Below, piece after piece: positions 17,224 to 30,528 of a stretch of DNA of 64,000 bases. The DNA is from Myxococcota bacterium (lineage in GTDB: Bacteria; Myxococcota; UBA4151). Where the stretch lies: the NCBI GenBank assembly GCA_036338695.1, contig JAYZBQ010000048.1:288001-352000 (forward strand). The letters run 5' to 3'. Made by a program: the position numbers and the translations under genes. Position 1 is the stretch's first letter, and each line of letters begins with the position of its first letter. The notes under the pieces were generated by a model, which had not been told where the DNA came from, ran no database searches, and saw nothing but the letters and a program-made list of their open reading frames with translations.

Positions 17224-19881
17224 ATGAGCGACGACATCACCGAACACGACAACGAGCAACCCATCGCGCAGGGCGATGGCGGCCAGTCTGATCCTCCCGC
17301 CGCATCGGATCAAGGCGACAGCGGCGATCACGGGCGCGTCAGCATGGTCACCATCGAAGACGAGATGCGGAAGTCCTATCTCGAATATTCGATGTCGGTG
17401 ATCGTAGGTCGAGCGCTGCCGGACATCCGAGACGGGCTCAAGCCGGTGCACCGACGCGTCCTCTACGCCATGCAAGACCTCAGCAACACCTGGAACCGCC
17501 CGTACAAAAAGTCGGCGCGCGTCGTCGGTGACGTCATCGGTAAGTATCACCCGCACGGCGACTCGGCGGTCTACGATACGCTCGTGCGCATGGCCCAGAG
17601 CTTCTCGCTGCGCTACCTGTTGGTCGACGGCCAAGGCAACTTCGGCTCGGTGGACGGCGACTCCGCCGCTGCGATGCGTTACACCGAAGCTCGGATGACC
17701 AAGCTCGCTAGCTACCTGATGTCCGATATCGACAAAGAGACCGTCGATTACGGCCCGAACTACGACGAGAGCCTCCAAGAGCCGCTCGTTCTCCCCGCCC
17801 GCTTTCCGAACCTGCTCGTCAACGGCTCTGAAGGCATCGCGGTCGGGATGGCGACGCGCATCCCACCCCACAACATGACCGAAGTGATCAACGCCACGCT
17901 GCACCGGATCGACAACCCCCAATGCAGCGTCGACGAGCTGATCGCCCACGTGCCAGCGCCCGATTTCCCCACCGGCGGGATCCTGTGCAGCGCGTCAGGT
18001 GCTCAGCAAGCGTACCGGACCGGGCGTGGGATCGTCCATGTGCGCGCCCGAGCCGACTTCGAACCCATGCCGAACGACCGCTGGCGCATCGTCATCGATG
18101 AGCTGCCCTACCAGGTCAACAAGGCGCGCGAGATCGAGCGCATCGCTGGGCTGGTCAAAGACAAGAAGATCCTGGGTATCTCCGATCTGCGTGATGAGAG
18201 CGATCGGAAAGGGATGCGTCTGGTCATCGAGCTCAAGCGCGACGCCATCAAGGAGGTCGTCCTCAACGCGCTCTTCAAGCAGACGCGCCTTCAAAGCAGC
18301 TTCGGGATGACCTTGCTTGGGATCGACCAAGGGCGACCAAAGATCTGTACCCTCACCGACCTGATCGACGCCTTCATCGCGCACCGCCGCGACGTCGTCA
18401 GCCGTCGCTGTCGCTTCGAGCTGCGCAAGGCGCGTGAGCGTGAGCACATCCTCGAGGGCTTTGTGATCGCCCTCGACAACATCGACGAGGTCATCGCCCT
18501 GATCCGGGCGAGCCGGACGACTGAAGAGGCGAGCGCCGGGCTGCAAGATCGCTTCGCCCTCACGCACCTTCAGGCGAAGGCGATCCTCGAGATGCGCCTC
18601 CAGCGCCTGACAGGCTTAGAGCGAGAAAAAATCCTGGACGAGCTCGAAGAGATCCGGGCGACGATCGAGCGCCTGCTGCAGATTCTCGGCGATGTCCGCG
18701 AGCTGCTTGGGGTCATCAAAGACGATCTCAGGCTGGTGCTCGACGAGTTTGGCGACGCACGCCGCACCGAGATCCAAGAGATCTCGAAAGACTTTAACGC
18801 CGAAGACCTCATCCCGAACCACCCGATGGTGGTGACGGTCTCAGGCGCTGGTTACATCAAACGAACCGCCCTCGACACCTACCGAACGCAGCGCCGAGGA
18901 GGTCGTGGTAAGACCGGCATGAGCACTAAAGAAGAGGACGCCGTCGAGCACCTCTTCGTCGCCAAGAACCACAGCCGCCTCCTGGTCTTTACGACGCGCG
19001 GGGTGTGCTATCAGATCAAGGTTCATCAGCTTCCCGAGTCCGGCGCGAACGCCAAGGGCCGACCGATCGTCAACCTGCTCGAGCACATGGGACAAGACGA
19101 GCAAATCTGCGCGATCCTGCCAGTCCACAAGTTCCAAGAGGACCGCTTCCTGATCACCGTGACCGAGCGAGGACGCATCAAAAAGACCCCGCTGATGGCG
19201 TACGCTCGACCCCGCTCAGTCGGTCTCAAGGCGCTCGTTGTTGAAGATGGCGACCGCTTGAAGTTCGTGCGTATGAGTCACGGCTCGGATCACATCATTC
19301 TAGCGACAGCGAACGGCATGGCGGTGCGCTTTAAAGAGTCCGATGTGCGCTCGATGGGACGTGGCTCGCGCGGCGTGCGCGGCATCTCCCTGAACGCCGG
19401 GGATCAAGTGGTCGGAGCGGTCGTGATCGACGCCGAGTCGACGGAAGATCTCTTGAGCATCACCGAGAACGGCTACGGAAAACGCACGGCGCTGGATGAG
19501 TACCGGGTGCAGCGACGCGCCGGCAAAGGGTTGATCACCATCCAATGCAGCAAGCGCAACGGAGACCTCGTCGGCATCCTGGCTGCGAGCGACGACCGAG
19601 AGCTCATGATGGTGACATCGGGCGGGGTCATCATGCGGACCGGGATGGATCAAATCAGCCGCATCGGACGAAACACTCAAGGTGTGCGACTCATCGACCT
19701 CGGCGCCGGCATGCAGGTCGTGCGCGCGGTGGGACTCAAGCAGCTCGAAGAGGAGCTCGAAGAGGCGCAGCATGAGGGGCTTGATGACGCTGGCGAAGAG
19801 GTCGACGAAGCGGCGATCGCCGCCGCTGAATCAGCCGTCGATGGCGCAGGTGACGCAGACGATGACCCCGCTGAAGCATGA
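17224..19881 (+). CDS. gyrA: DNA gyrase subunit A
   Basis: [30 protein letters not shown], GyrA-box QRRGGRG, pinwheel repeats, acidic tail. Start is ATG 17224 or GTG 17212. Confidence 0.98.
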   Translation: MSDDITEHDNEQPIAQGDGGQSDPPAASDQGDSGDHGRVSMVTIEDEMRKSYLEYSMSVIVGRALPDIRDGLKPVHRRVLYAMQDLSNTWNRPYKKSARVVGDVIGKYHPHGDSAVYDTLVRMAQSFSLRYLLVDGQGNFGSVDGDSAAAMRYTEARMTKLASYLMSDIDKETVDYGPNYDESLQEPLVLPARFPNLLVNGSEGIAVGMATRIPPHNMTEVINATLHRIDNPQCSVDELIAHVPAPDFPTGGILCSASGAQQAYRTGRGIVHVRARADFEPMPNDRWRIVIDELPYQVNKAREIERIAGLVKDKKILGISDLRDESDRKGMRLVIELKRDAIKEVVLNALFKQTRLQSSFGMTLLGIDQGRPKICTLTDLIDAFIAHRRDVVSRRCRFELRKAREREHILEGFVIALDNIDEVIALIRASRTTEEASAGLQDRFALTHLQAKAILEMRLQRLTGLEREKILDELEEIRATIERLLQILGDVRELLGVIKDDLRLVLDEFGDARRTEIQEISKDFNAEDLIPNHPMVVTVSGAGYIKRTALDTYRTQRRGGRGKTGMSTKEEDAVEHLFVAKNHSRLLVFTTRGVCYQIKVHQLPESGANAKGRPIVNLLEHMGQDEQICAILPVHKFQEDRFLITVTERGRIKKTPLMAYARPRSVGLKALVVEDGDRLKFVRMSHGSDHIILATANGMAVRFKESDVRSMGRGSRGVRGISLNAGDQVVGAVVIDAESTEDLLSITENGYGKRTALDEYRVQRRAGKGLITIQCSKRNGDLVGILAASDDRELMMVTSGGVIMRTGMDQISRIGRNTQGVRLIDLGAGMQVVRAVGLKQLEEELEEAQHEGLDDAGEEVDEAAIAAAESAVDGAGDADDDPAEA

Positions 19882-20057
19882 CCCCAGAGAGCATCCAGCG
19901 GCTTCATGATGAGGCGGTGGCGCAAGGGCGTCACGGCTACATCGACCCGCGCTCGGGGTACTGGGTCACCACGACGCTAGGTCACACCCAGCGCGGGTCC
20001 TGTTGCGGCAACGCCTGTCGGCACTGCCCCTTTGATCACCACGCCTGCGCTTCCTGA
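19878..20057 (+). CDS. Small Cys/His-rich protein, DUF5522-like (59 aa)
   Basis: Below the ORF-track cutoff. ATGA overlap with the gyrA stop. [59 protein letters not shown] contains the YxDPxxGY...RGxCCGxxCRHCP signature. Confidence 0.85.
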   Translation: MTPESIQRLHDEAVAQGRHGYIDPRSGYWVTTTLGHTQRGSCCGNACRHCPFDHHACAS

Positions 20058-20128
20058 CGCAGATCGCCAGCGAGTAGCGTCTCGCAGAAGCGCTCGGTCA
20101 GCGTACCGGAAACGATAGCTCCAGCGCG

Positions 20129-22657
<2,529 letters not shown>

Positions 22658-22735
22658 CTAGCGCGCACGCGCACGCGTGTAAAGGGAGGAAACCACCCCG
22701 CATCGCGATCATGGACACGCAACAAGGCAGCCCTT

Positions 22736-23356
22736 TTAGGCGGTCTTTGGTGGCTTCCAGGCGCCGGGGATGAGGTGCCCCATCCGGTCCCGTTTGACCT
22801 CAAGGTATCCATGCGCCAGGCCGTGGACATCACAAAGCAGCGGCTCGTGCCCCTCAACGGGGACACCCGAGCTTGCTAAACCCTCTATTTTCAGTGGGTT
22901 ATTCGTCATCATACGGACCGATTCGACCCCGAGCTTGCGCAGGATCTCACCCGCTATTTCGTAACTCCTGAGGTCATCGGGCAGGCCGAGCAGTCGGTTC
23001 GCGTCGACGGTGTCGACGCCTTCATTCTGCAGCGCATAGGCTCGAATTTTGTTGGCGAGACCGATCCCGCGCCCCTCTTGGCGCAGATAGATCACTACGC
23101 CGCCCTCTTGACCGATACGGGTTAACGCCGCCTCGAGCTGCTCACGGCAGTCACACCGCAAACTCCCCATAATCTCCGAGGTTAGACACTCAGAGTGGAT
23201 GCGACACAAGACGCGCCGCTGTCCGGCGACGTCGCCGGCGACCGCCGCGACGTGCTCTTTACCCTGGGCGTCAGTCACGACATGCAAACGCAGGGCACCA
23301 TACCGAGTCGGTATGTCTGCCTGAGCCGGTAGTTCGCTGCGCTGATCGTCCGTCAT
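22736..23356 (-). CDS. ribA: GTP cyclohydrolase II
   Basis: RIHSECLT...SLRCDCREQL, RQEGRGIGL, TNNPLK. Start MTDDQ at 23356. Confidence 0.93.
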   Translation of the reverse strand: MTDDQRSELPAQADIPTRYGALRLHVVTDAQGKEHVAAVAGDVAGQRRVLCRIHSECLTSEIMGSLRCDCREQLEAALTRIGQEGGVVIYLRQEGRGIGLANKIRAYALQNEGVDTVDANRLLGLPDDLRSYEIAGEILRKLGVESVRMMTNNPLKIEGLASSGVPVEGHEPLLCDVHGLAHGYLEVKRDRMGHLIPGAWKPPKTA

Positions 23357-23423
23357 ACTCTCAACCCTTAGGGCGCCGAGCGTGTGACACATGCTGCGGT
23401 TAGGCGCAACGAAAACCCGAACA

Positions 23424-24011
23424 CTACAGGACTTTTGCGAGCGCGAACCGGTGCACATCCTCACGCCCAAGCGCTTTCGCTGCGCGCCGCAAGGTCGTTC
23501 CGGTCGTCACCACATCATCGACCAAGACCACATACGCTGCGTCGGGGACCGGCGTTCGCAAACGAAAGCTGTCTTCGGGCAACGCGCGACGCGACGCGGC
23601 GTCGAGACGCGCCTGCCGCTTGGCAAAACGCCCTCGCGTGAGCGCGTGCTGAACCGACCCGCCAAACCGCTTAGCGAGGGCTTCAGCGATGCAGGTCGTC
23701 TGACAGCCCCGGCGCCGAAAACGGCGGTGCCAAGGCGTCGGAACAGGGACATAAAGCGCACCCTTCGGCAGCTCAAAATCGACCCCGAGTAGGAGGCGAT
23801 AGATCGCCGGCTCCAGCGGACGCTTAGCGCGTGCGAGTAAGGTCTCGAGCGCGCCTTGGTAGCGGTACAACGCCGTGGTGTGCTCGCCGGCTTCAAGCGC
23901 TTCGATCCGTCGAACCGAGACCCAGCAACCTTGGCAGATCCAAGGGTTCTGATCCGCCTCCACCTCATCGCAATGCCAGCAGGTGCCATGAGGGATCAGC
24001 GCGTCGATCAA
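23424..24011 (-). CDS. comF: ComF family protein (Zn-ribbon plus PRTase fold)
   Basis: CWHC...CQGC, VPVP...RRG, PRPP-binding motif VVLVDDVVTTGTT. Confidence 0.82.
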   Translation of the reverse strand: MIDALIPHGTCWHCDEVEADQNPWICQGCWVSVRRIEALEAGEHTTALYRYQGALETLLARAKRPLEPAIYRLLLGVDFELPKGALYVPVPTPWHRRFRRRGCQTTCIAEALAKRFGGSVQHALTRGRFAKRQARLDAASRRALPEDSFRLRTPVPDAAYVVLVDDVVTTGTTLRRAAKALGREDVHRFALAKVL

Positions 24012-25516
24012 ACCCGCTCCAGCAAGGACTGACCGGTCATCTCGTCGGGTTGAGGGATCGCCATGTAATCGAGCAACGTCGGCGCCAGATCACACAAGGC
24101 GCCATCGCGTACGGCGGCGGCGCCCATGCCGATTAGCACCAGAGGCACCGGACCCGTCGTGTGCTGCGTGTGGGGCTTGCCCTCGTCGGTAAGCATCTGC
24201 TCGATGTTGCCGTGATCGGCCGTGATCATCACCCCGTACCCCCCCCTCTGGGCAGCCCTAAGGACGCGGTCAAGGCATTGATCGAGCGCACGCATCGCCT
24301 CGACGGCCGCCTCGAGATTGCCTGTGTGACCCACCATATCTGGGTTGGCGAAGTTACAGACCAGAAGGTGATACCGCTGCGCATCGAGCGCTTCGATCAA
24401 TCGATCCGTGACCTCAGGCGCGCTCATCTGGGGTTTGAGATCATACGTGGCGACGTCGCGCGGGCTATCGATGAGAACGCGCCGCTCGCCATCAAAGACC
24501 TGCTCGCTGCCGCCGTTGAAGAAGTACGTGACGTGCCCATACTTCTCCGTCTCGGCGATACGCAGCTGCTCCAAGCCTCGCTCGGAGACGAGTTCACCGA
24601 TGGTCTGAGACGGGACCTCTGCGTCAAAGAGCACGTCAACTTCGAGGTCTTGCCGATACCGAATCATGCTCACGCAGGCTGATAAAGCCGGCAGCCTGCG
24701 CGCAAAACACCCTTCCTCATCAGGGCGGGTCAGGGCGCCGGCAAATTGGCGCATTCGGTCCGCTCGAAAGTTGAGGAACCAGACGGCGTCGCCATCGAGG
24801 ATCGGCGCAGCCTCGAGCACAACCGGTTCGATGAATTCATGGGTCTGTCCTGTCGCGTAGGCGCGCTCGCGCGCCGCATCGATCGACTCTGCGCGCGGCC
24901 CGCGCCCTTCGACGATCACCTCCCAGGCGCGCGCAACGCGATCCCAGCGACGGTCGCGGTCCATCGCAAAGTAACGCCCGCCTACGGTTGCGAGAAAGGC
25001 GCCATCGACGAGCACCTCTGACAGCTCATCGAGGTAACGCTTCGCTGAATCGGGGGGGGTGTCGCGACCGTCCGTCAGCGCATGAAAAGCGATCCGCTCG
25101 ACCCCTAGACGCTGAGCGGTACGAACCGCCTCTTTGAGGTGAGCCATGGCGCTGTGCACGCCGCCGTCACTCACCAACCCCACCAAATGGAGGCAGTTAC
25201 CCGGCTCAAGCCGCTGCGCAAGCCGCTGCACATGAGGATGATGCGGCAGCTGATTCTGAGCCACCGCGTCCGAGATCCGCACCAAGGTTTGTTTCACTAC
25301 GCGGCCTGCGCCAATGTTGACGTGACCGACCTCAGAGTTACCCATCTGGCCATCGGGCAACCCGACATGCGCGCCGGAGGTGAAAATCCGGCTGCAGACC
25401 CCTTGATTACGCCAATCATGATACCGAGGCATCCCGGCGAGGTGGATCGCATTGTCCTCAGCGGCCTCGCGCAGGCCGAAACCATCTAAAATGAGCAAGA
25501 GGGCTCGATTCTCCAT
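24008..25516 (-). CDS. gpmI: 2,3-bisphosphoglycerate-independent phosphoglycerate mutase
   Basis: LILDGFG, GQMGNSEVGH, SDGGVHS, GRYFAMDRD, AETEKYGHVT, NPDMVGHTG, TADHGN. Confidence 0.97.
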   Translation of the reverse strand: MENRALLLILDGFGLREAAEDNAIHLAGMPRYHDWRNQGVCSRIFTSGAHVGLPDGQMGNSEVGHVNIGAGRVVKQTLVRISDAVAQNQLPHHPHVQRLAQRLEPGNCLHLVGLVSDGGVHSAMAHLKEAVRTAQRLGVERIAFHALTDGRDTPPDSAKRYLDELSEVLVDGAFLATVGGRYFAMDRDRRWDRVARAWEVIVEGRGPRAESIDAARERAYATGQTHEFIEPVVLEAAPILDGDAVWFLNFRADRMRQFAGALTRPDEEGCFARRLPALSACVSMIRYRQDLEVDVLFDAEVPSQTIGELVSERGLEQLRIAETEKYGHVTYFFNGGSEQVFDGERRVLIDSPRDVATYDLKPQMSAPEVTDRLIEALDAQRYHLLVCNFANPDMVGHTGNLEAAVEAMRALDQCLDRVLRAAQRGGYGVMITADHGNIEQMLTDEGKPHTQHTTGPVPLVLIGMGAAAVRDGALCDLAPTLLDYMAIPQPDEMTGQSLLERV

Positions 25517-25590
25517 GACCGCCTCCAGTTGCCGTTGACGGCGTGTGGTCGCGCCGTTACGGGGGCTACCCTTGCATTTCAGGAGGGTGC

Positions 25591-26760
25591 ATGACCCGCA
25601 AGCATCTTTTCACAAGTGAGTCCGTCGGAGAAGGACACCCAGACAAGGTGTCCGACCAAATCTCGGACGCAGTCTTAGACGCCATGTTGACGCAGGACCC
25701 GAACGCTCGTGTCGCCTGTGAGACGTTGGTGACGACGGGCATGGTCTGCCTCGCGGGTGAGGTGACCACCTCAGCCTATGTCAACCTTCCAGAGGTCGTA
25801 CGCGAGACGATCCGCCAGATCGGCTACAACGACCCAGCGCTCGGTTTCGACGCCGAAGGCTGCGCCGTGCTGACCACGCTCGATGCGCAGAGCGATGACA
25901 TCGCTCAAGGCGTCGACAGCGGGCGCGGTTTGCACACCGAACAGGGAGCGGGCGACCAAGGGCTGATGTTCGGCTATGCGTGCGACGAGACGGACACGCT
26001 GATGCCGGCGCCGGTTCACTACAGCCACCGCTTGATGGAGGGCCTCACGGCGCTGCGTAAATCGGGGCAGCTGCCGTGGCTCCGCCCCGACGCCAAGAGC
26101 CAGGTCACCTGCGCTTACGAAGGGGGTCAGATCACGGGGATCGATACGGTCGTGATCTCCACGCAGCACACCGAAGAGGTCACGCTTAGCGAGATCCGAG
26201 AGGCGGTGATCGAAGAGCTGATCAAACCGAGCCTTCCGGCGGGTTTGCTGACGGCGGACACCACCATCCACGTCAACCCAACCGGGCGCTTCGTGATCGG
26301 CGGCCCGAAGGGTGACGCCGGCCTGACAGGTCGTAAAATCATCGTCGACACCTACGGCGGAGTCGGCCGACACGGGGGCGGCGCGTTCTCGGGCAAAGAC
26401 CCGAGTAAGGTCGACCGCTCGGCAGCCTACATGGCGCGCTACATCGCCAAAAATGTGGTCGCAGCAGGGCTCGCCAAACGCTGTGAGGTGCAGCTCGCTT
26501 ACGCCATCGGTGTCGCCGAGCCCGTGAGCGTCTTCGTCGACCACTTCGGCACTGGCTCGGCGAGCGCTGACGCGCTGGAGCGGGCGGTGCGCTCTGTGTT
26601 CGAACTGACGCCTGCGGCGATCATTCGAGATCTCGACCTGCTGCGTCCGATCTACAGCCCGACGGCTGCCTACGGACACTTCGGTCGCCAAGCCGAGAAC
26701 GGTCTGTTTACCTGGGAAGCCACCGATCGAGCTGAGGCGTTGGTGGCCGCGCTCAACTAG
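25591..26760 (+). CDS. metK: S-adenosylmethionine synthetase
   Basis: [41 protein letters not shown] before ATG 25591. Confidence 0.98.
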   Translation: MTRKHLFTSESVGEGHPDKVSDQISDAVLDAMLTQDPNARVACETLVTTGMVCLAGEVTTSAYVNLPEVVRETIRQIGYNDPALGFDAEGCAVLTTLDAQSDDIAQGVDSGRGLHTEQGAGDQGLMFGYACDETDTLMPAPVHYSHRLMEGLTALRKSGQLPWLRPDAKSQVTCAYEGGQITGIDTVVISTQHTEEVTLSEIREAVIEELIKPSLPAGLLTADTTIHVNPTGRFVIGGPKGDAGLTGRKIIVDTYGGVGRHGGGAFSGKDPSKVDRSAAYMARYIAKNVVAAGLAKRCEVQLAYAIGVAEPVSVFVDHFGTGSASADALERAVRSVFELTPAAIIRDLDLLRPIYSPTAAYGHFGRQAENGLFTWEATDRAEALVAALN

Positions 26761-27552
26761 GTGGACATCGTCTGGGCGGCGCTGCTCGGTCTGATCCAAG
26801 GGCTGACCGAGTTTTTGCCCGTATCGAGCTCAGGGCACTTGGTGTTAGCAGGCTTTTTGATCGGCCTGCCGAGCACCGGTCTCATTTTTGAGCTGCTCTT
26901 GCATCTCGCTACCCTCGCGGCGGTCATCTACTATTATCGAGCGGACGTCTCGGGGTTGATCGCTGCGATCCCTCGAGCGATTCGGCAGCCCGTCGAGGGG
27001 TTTCGCAGGGACCCCGAGGTGCGCCTCGGCGCTTTGGTGATCTTGGCGACGCTCCCCACGGCGATCATCGGGCTCGTGCTCAAAGATCAATTTGAGGCGC
27101 TCGCGCAGCGCCCCCAAGCGGTCGGTGTCGCCCTGTGTGTCACCGCCTGTCTTTTGCTCGCTACGCACTGGATTCGACCGGCTGAGCGGGCGCTGACTTG
27201 GTGGATGGCGCTCGCGATCGGGCTCGCGCAAGCGATGGCGATTACGCCGGGCATCTCGCGCTCGGGCGCAACGATCGCGCTGGCGCTTTTGCTCGGGGTG
27301 AGCACCCTTCATGCGGCGCGCTTTAGCTTCCTGATCTCGATACCGGCTATCGCCGGCGCGGCGATCCTTAAGCTGCGCGATGGGCTCGGAGCGCTTGACC
27401 TGCTGCCTGCGCTCATCGGCTTTGTCGTCGCCTGCGTCAGCGGTTACCTCGCGCTGCGCTGGCTCGTCGCCCTCGTCCAGGCGCGTCGGTTTGCCGCGTT
27501 CGCCCCCTACTGTGCGGTCGTCGGCGCCTTGGCTATCGGGCTGTCGCCATGA
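26761..27552 (+). CDS. uppP: Undecaprenyl-diphosphatase (BacA/UppP)
   Basis: QGLTEFLPVSSSGH, PGISRSG, ARFSFL; multiple TM helices. Confidence 0.95.
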   Translation: MDIVWAALLGLIQGLTEFLPVSSSGHLVLAGFLIGLPSTGLIFELLLHLATLAAVIYYYRADVSGLIAAIPRAIRQPVEGFRRDPEVRLGALVILATLPTAIIGLVLKDQFEALAQRPQAVGVALCVTACLLLATHWIRPAERALTWWMALAIGLAQAMAITPGISRSGATIALALLLGVSTLHAARFSFLISIPAIAGAAILKLRDGLGALDLLPALIGFVVACVSGYLALRWLVALVQARRFAAFAPYCAVVGALAIGLSP

Positions 27553-28100
27553 GCCTGGCGCGACTGCAAGCTGGGCTCTCCCGAGCCCGCCGACAACACG
27601 AGGCTCAAGCGGGCGCGCGCCGCGCCGCGGTGCTCGCCTTGTTTGACCCGCACCACGAAGGGCTGAGGCTCTGGTTTATTCGGCGCGCTGAGCTCGGTGA
27701 CGACCACAGCGGTCAGGTTGCGTTTCCTGGCGGGCATCTCAACCCGGACGAATCCCCCGAAGAGGCTGCTCTGCGAGAGTGCGAGGAAGAGATCGGGGTC
27801 CCATCGGACGCCATCGAGCTCCTCGGCGGGCTCGACGACGTCAAAAGCATCTTTGGCACGGTCGTGTCACCTTTCGTCGGCAAGCTGCTCACGCCGGTCG
27901 AGCCTGTCGCCGATCAACGGGAGGTCGCTCGGGTGTTCTCCGTCTCTTGGGAGGACCTGACCGAGCGCAGGGGATACCGACGTGAGACCTGGGGTGAGCG
28001 GAACTACCCCATGCACTTCTGGCAACTTGAAGGGGAAACGATCTGGGGTTTGACCGGTTTCTTCGTCAACACACTGATTGAAATGGAAAAGAACGTATGA
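27549..28100 (+). CDS. Nudix hydrolase, CoA pyrophosphatase type
   Basis: HSGQVAFPGG followed by Nudix box (AALRECEEEIG), IWGLTG. Confidence 0.9.
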   Translation: MSLARLQAGLSRARRQHEAQAGARRAAVLALFDPHHEGLRLWFIRRAELGDDHSGQVAFPGGHLNPDESPEEAALRECEEEIGVPSDAIELLGGLDDVKSIFGTVVSPFVGKLLTPVEPVADQREVARVFSVSWEDLTERRGYRRETWGERNYPMHFWQLEGETIWGLTGFFVNTLIEMEKNV

Positions 28101-29164
28101 ACAATCGCCACGCTGTGATCATGGCCGGAGGCGCCGGCACGCGCCTGTGGCCGCTCGGGCGCCGCGAACGCCCGAAACAGTTCCTCCCGCTCGTCGATGA
28201 GCGCAGCCTCCTGCGCGCCAGCGCTGAGCGGCTCGAAGGGCTGCTGCCGGAAGAGCAAGTCCACATCGTCGCTGGCGCCGACCAACGCGACGAAGCAGAG
28301 AAAGCGTTTGGGGTCATGGGTGACCGCTTCATCGCAGAGCCAGAGGGGCGCAACACGGCGCCGTGCATCGGGCTGGCTTGTCAGTGGCTGGTGCACCGCG
28401 ACCCTTCGGCGATGGTCGCGATCTTGCCGGCCGACCACTGGATCACCGATGAGCCGATCTTTCGCTCGACGCTCGAGCGAGCCTTCGAGTTGGCGCGCGT
28501 CTCAGGCCGCATCGTCACCATCGGCATTGTCCCGACGCACCCTTCGACCGGCTACGGTTACCTCCAGCTCGACGGTGAGGAGGACGACCGCGGGGTCCCC
28601 TTGCGCGCCTTTATCGAGAAGCCCGGCGCGCTTGAGGCGACGCAGATGCTGACCAGCGGTGGGTACCTGTGGAACGCAGGGATGTTCGTGGCGCGTGCGC
28701 AGACGCTGCTCGACGAGATCGAGCGGCAGATGCCGGAGACGGGCGCTGCGCTCAAAGCGATCGGCGAAGCGATCGGCACCCCTGCCTACGAGGCGACGCT
28801 GAGCGAACATTACGCGAACTGTCGCGCCATCAGCATCGACTACGGCGTCATGGAGAACGCAGCGGACGTCTGGGCGGTACCCGGTCGCTTCGGCTGGAGC
28901 GATGTCGGAAGCTGGGATGCGCTCGGTGATGTTCGCCCCTGCGATGACAGCGGAAACGCAACGAAGGGCGAAGCGCTCCTGATCGACTGCACGAATTGCG
29001 TCGTGGACGCCGAGCCAGGCATCACCGTCGCCGCCGCCGACCTCGAAGGCTACGTCATCTCAGCGACGAAAGATGCCGTGCTTGTGCTGCCGCGCCGGTC
29101 CAGCCAACGTGTCAAAGAGCTCTTGTCGGCGCTGGTCGACGAGGGTCGAGAGGACCTGAAATGA
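28097..29164 (+). CDS. manC: Mannose-1-phosphate guanylyltransferase (no cupin domain)
   Basis: IMAGGAGTRLWP, PKQFL, EPEGRNTAP, PADH, FIEKP, WNAGMF, WSDVGSW. Confidence 0.93.
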   Translation: MNNRHAVIMAGGAGTRLWPLGRRERPKQFLPLVDERSLLRASAERLEGLLPEEQVHIVAGADQRDEAEKAFGVMGDRFIAEPEGRNTAPCIGLACQWLVHRDPSAMVAILPADHWITDEPIFRSTLERAFELARVSGRIVTIGIVPTHPSTGYGYLQLDGEEDDRGVPLRAFIEKPGALEATQMLTSGGYLWNAGMFVARAQTLLDEIERQMPETGAALKAIGEAIGTPAYEATLSEHYANCRAISIDYGVMENAADVWAVPGRFGWSDVGSWDALGDVRPCDDSGNATKGEALLIDCTNCVVDAEPGITVAAADLEGYVISATKDAVLVLPRRSSQRVKELLSALVDEGREDLK

Positions 29165-30528
29165 CCATCCCTCATCATGTATTCCGAGCCTACGACGTGC
29201 GCGGCTTGGTCGACATCGACCTCACGCCAACCCTCGCCACGCTCCTCGGTCGAGCGATCGGCAGCGAAATCATCGCGAAAGGCGGGACGACGGCAGCGGT
29301 CGGTCACGACGCACGCGCCAGCGGCCCCGTGCTCGCGGAGGCGCTGATCGCGGGGCTCTGCGCAGCGGGTGTGACGGTCCGCCACATCGGCCAGGTCGCT
29401 AGTCCGCACCTCTACCACGCCGTGGTCCACGGCGAGCTCGGCGGCGGCGTCATGGTGACGGGCTCGCACAACCCGCCAGAGTACAACGGCTTTAAGATCA
29501 TGGTGGGGCCCGGGAGCCTTCATGGCGACGGGATCCAGCGGCTCTACGAGCGCATCCAAACCAACGACTTCCACCATCCCGATCAAGCAGGCGAGGTCCA
29601 ACCCTTTGACGCCATCACGCCCTATGAGCGCGACGTGCTTGAGCGCCTCTCGCCGCTGAGCCGGCCGCTCAAGGTCGTCGTTGATGCCGGCAACGGATGC
29701 GGCGGGCTCGCCGTCCCTGTATTGCGAGCGCAGGGTGCCGAAGTGGTCGAGCTGTTCTGTGAGGCCGACGCCACCTTTCCAAACCACCACCCGGACCCGA
29801 CCGTCGAGCACAACCTGATCGACCTCAAAGCCGCAGTCGCTGAGCATCAAGCCGACGTGGGCATCGCTTTTGATGGCGACGTGGACCGAATCGGGGCAGT
29901 CGACGAGCGCGGGCAGGTGATCTGGGGTGATCTACTGACCCTTTTGTTCGCACGCGCGATCCTGAGCGAGCGCCCCGGCGCCGCCATCATCGGCGAGGTC
30001 AAATGCTCTAAGCTGCTCTACGATGGGATCGCTGAGGCGGGCGGCGACCCGGTCATGTGGAAAGCGGGTCACAGCCTGATCAAAGCCAAAATGAAGGAGA
30101 CCGGAGCGCTGCTCGCCGGTGAGATGAGCGGACACATCTTCTTCGCTGACCGCTTCTATGGTTTTGACGACGCCATCTACGCAGCCGGGCGTCTGCTCGA
30201 GCTGCTCTCCCAGGAAGATCGACCTTTGTCCGCGCACCTCGCCGGGCTCCCCGAGCTCTACTCCACCCCCGAGATCCGCCGAGAATGTGCCAGCGAAGAG
30301 CAAAAATTCGCATTGGTTGAGGCGGCGGTTAAGCACTTCAGCGCACACTACCCCGTCAACGATGTCGACGGGGCACGCATCGACTTTGGTGACTCGTGGG
30401 GCTTGGTGCGCGCCTCCAACACTCAACCGATCCTCGTGCTCCGATTCGAGGCGCCGAGCGAGGAGCGTCTCGAGGCCATTCAATCCCTCGTTGAACGCGA
30501 GTTGGTCGCTCTGGAGAAGACGCTCTGA
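29161..30528 (+). CDS. Phosphomannomutase/phosphoglucomutase (AlgC-like)
   Basis: FRAYDVRG, TGSHNP, DGDVDR, GEMSGH, RASNTQP. ATGA overlap with manC. Confidence 0.95.
   Translation: MTIPHHVFRAYDVRGLVDIDLTPTLATLLGRAIGSEIIAKGGTTAAVGHDARASGPVLAEALIAGLCAAGVTVRHIGQVASPHLYHAVVHGELGGGVMVTGSHNPPEYNGFKIMVGPGSLHGDGIQRLYERIQTNDFHHPDQAGEVQPFDAITPYERDVLERLSPLSRPLKVVVDAGNGCGGLAVPVLRAQGAEVVELFCEADATFPNHHPDPTVEHNLIDLKAAVAEHQADVGIAFDGDVDRIGAVDERGQVIWGDLLTLLFARAILSERPGAAIIGEVKCSKLLYDGIAEAGGDPVMWKAGHSLIKAKMKETGALLAGEMSGHIFFADRFYGFDDAIYAAGRLLELLSQEDRPLSAHLAGLPELYSTPEIRRECASEEQKFALVEAAVKHFSAHYPVNDVDGARIDFGDSWGLVRASNTQPILVLRFEAPSEERLEAIQSLVERELVALEKTL

Noticed and set aside
25517..25590. SAM riboswitch before metK
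   Set aside because: Only 74 nt separate the divergent gpmI and metK genes, and no SAM aptamer motif is visible.
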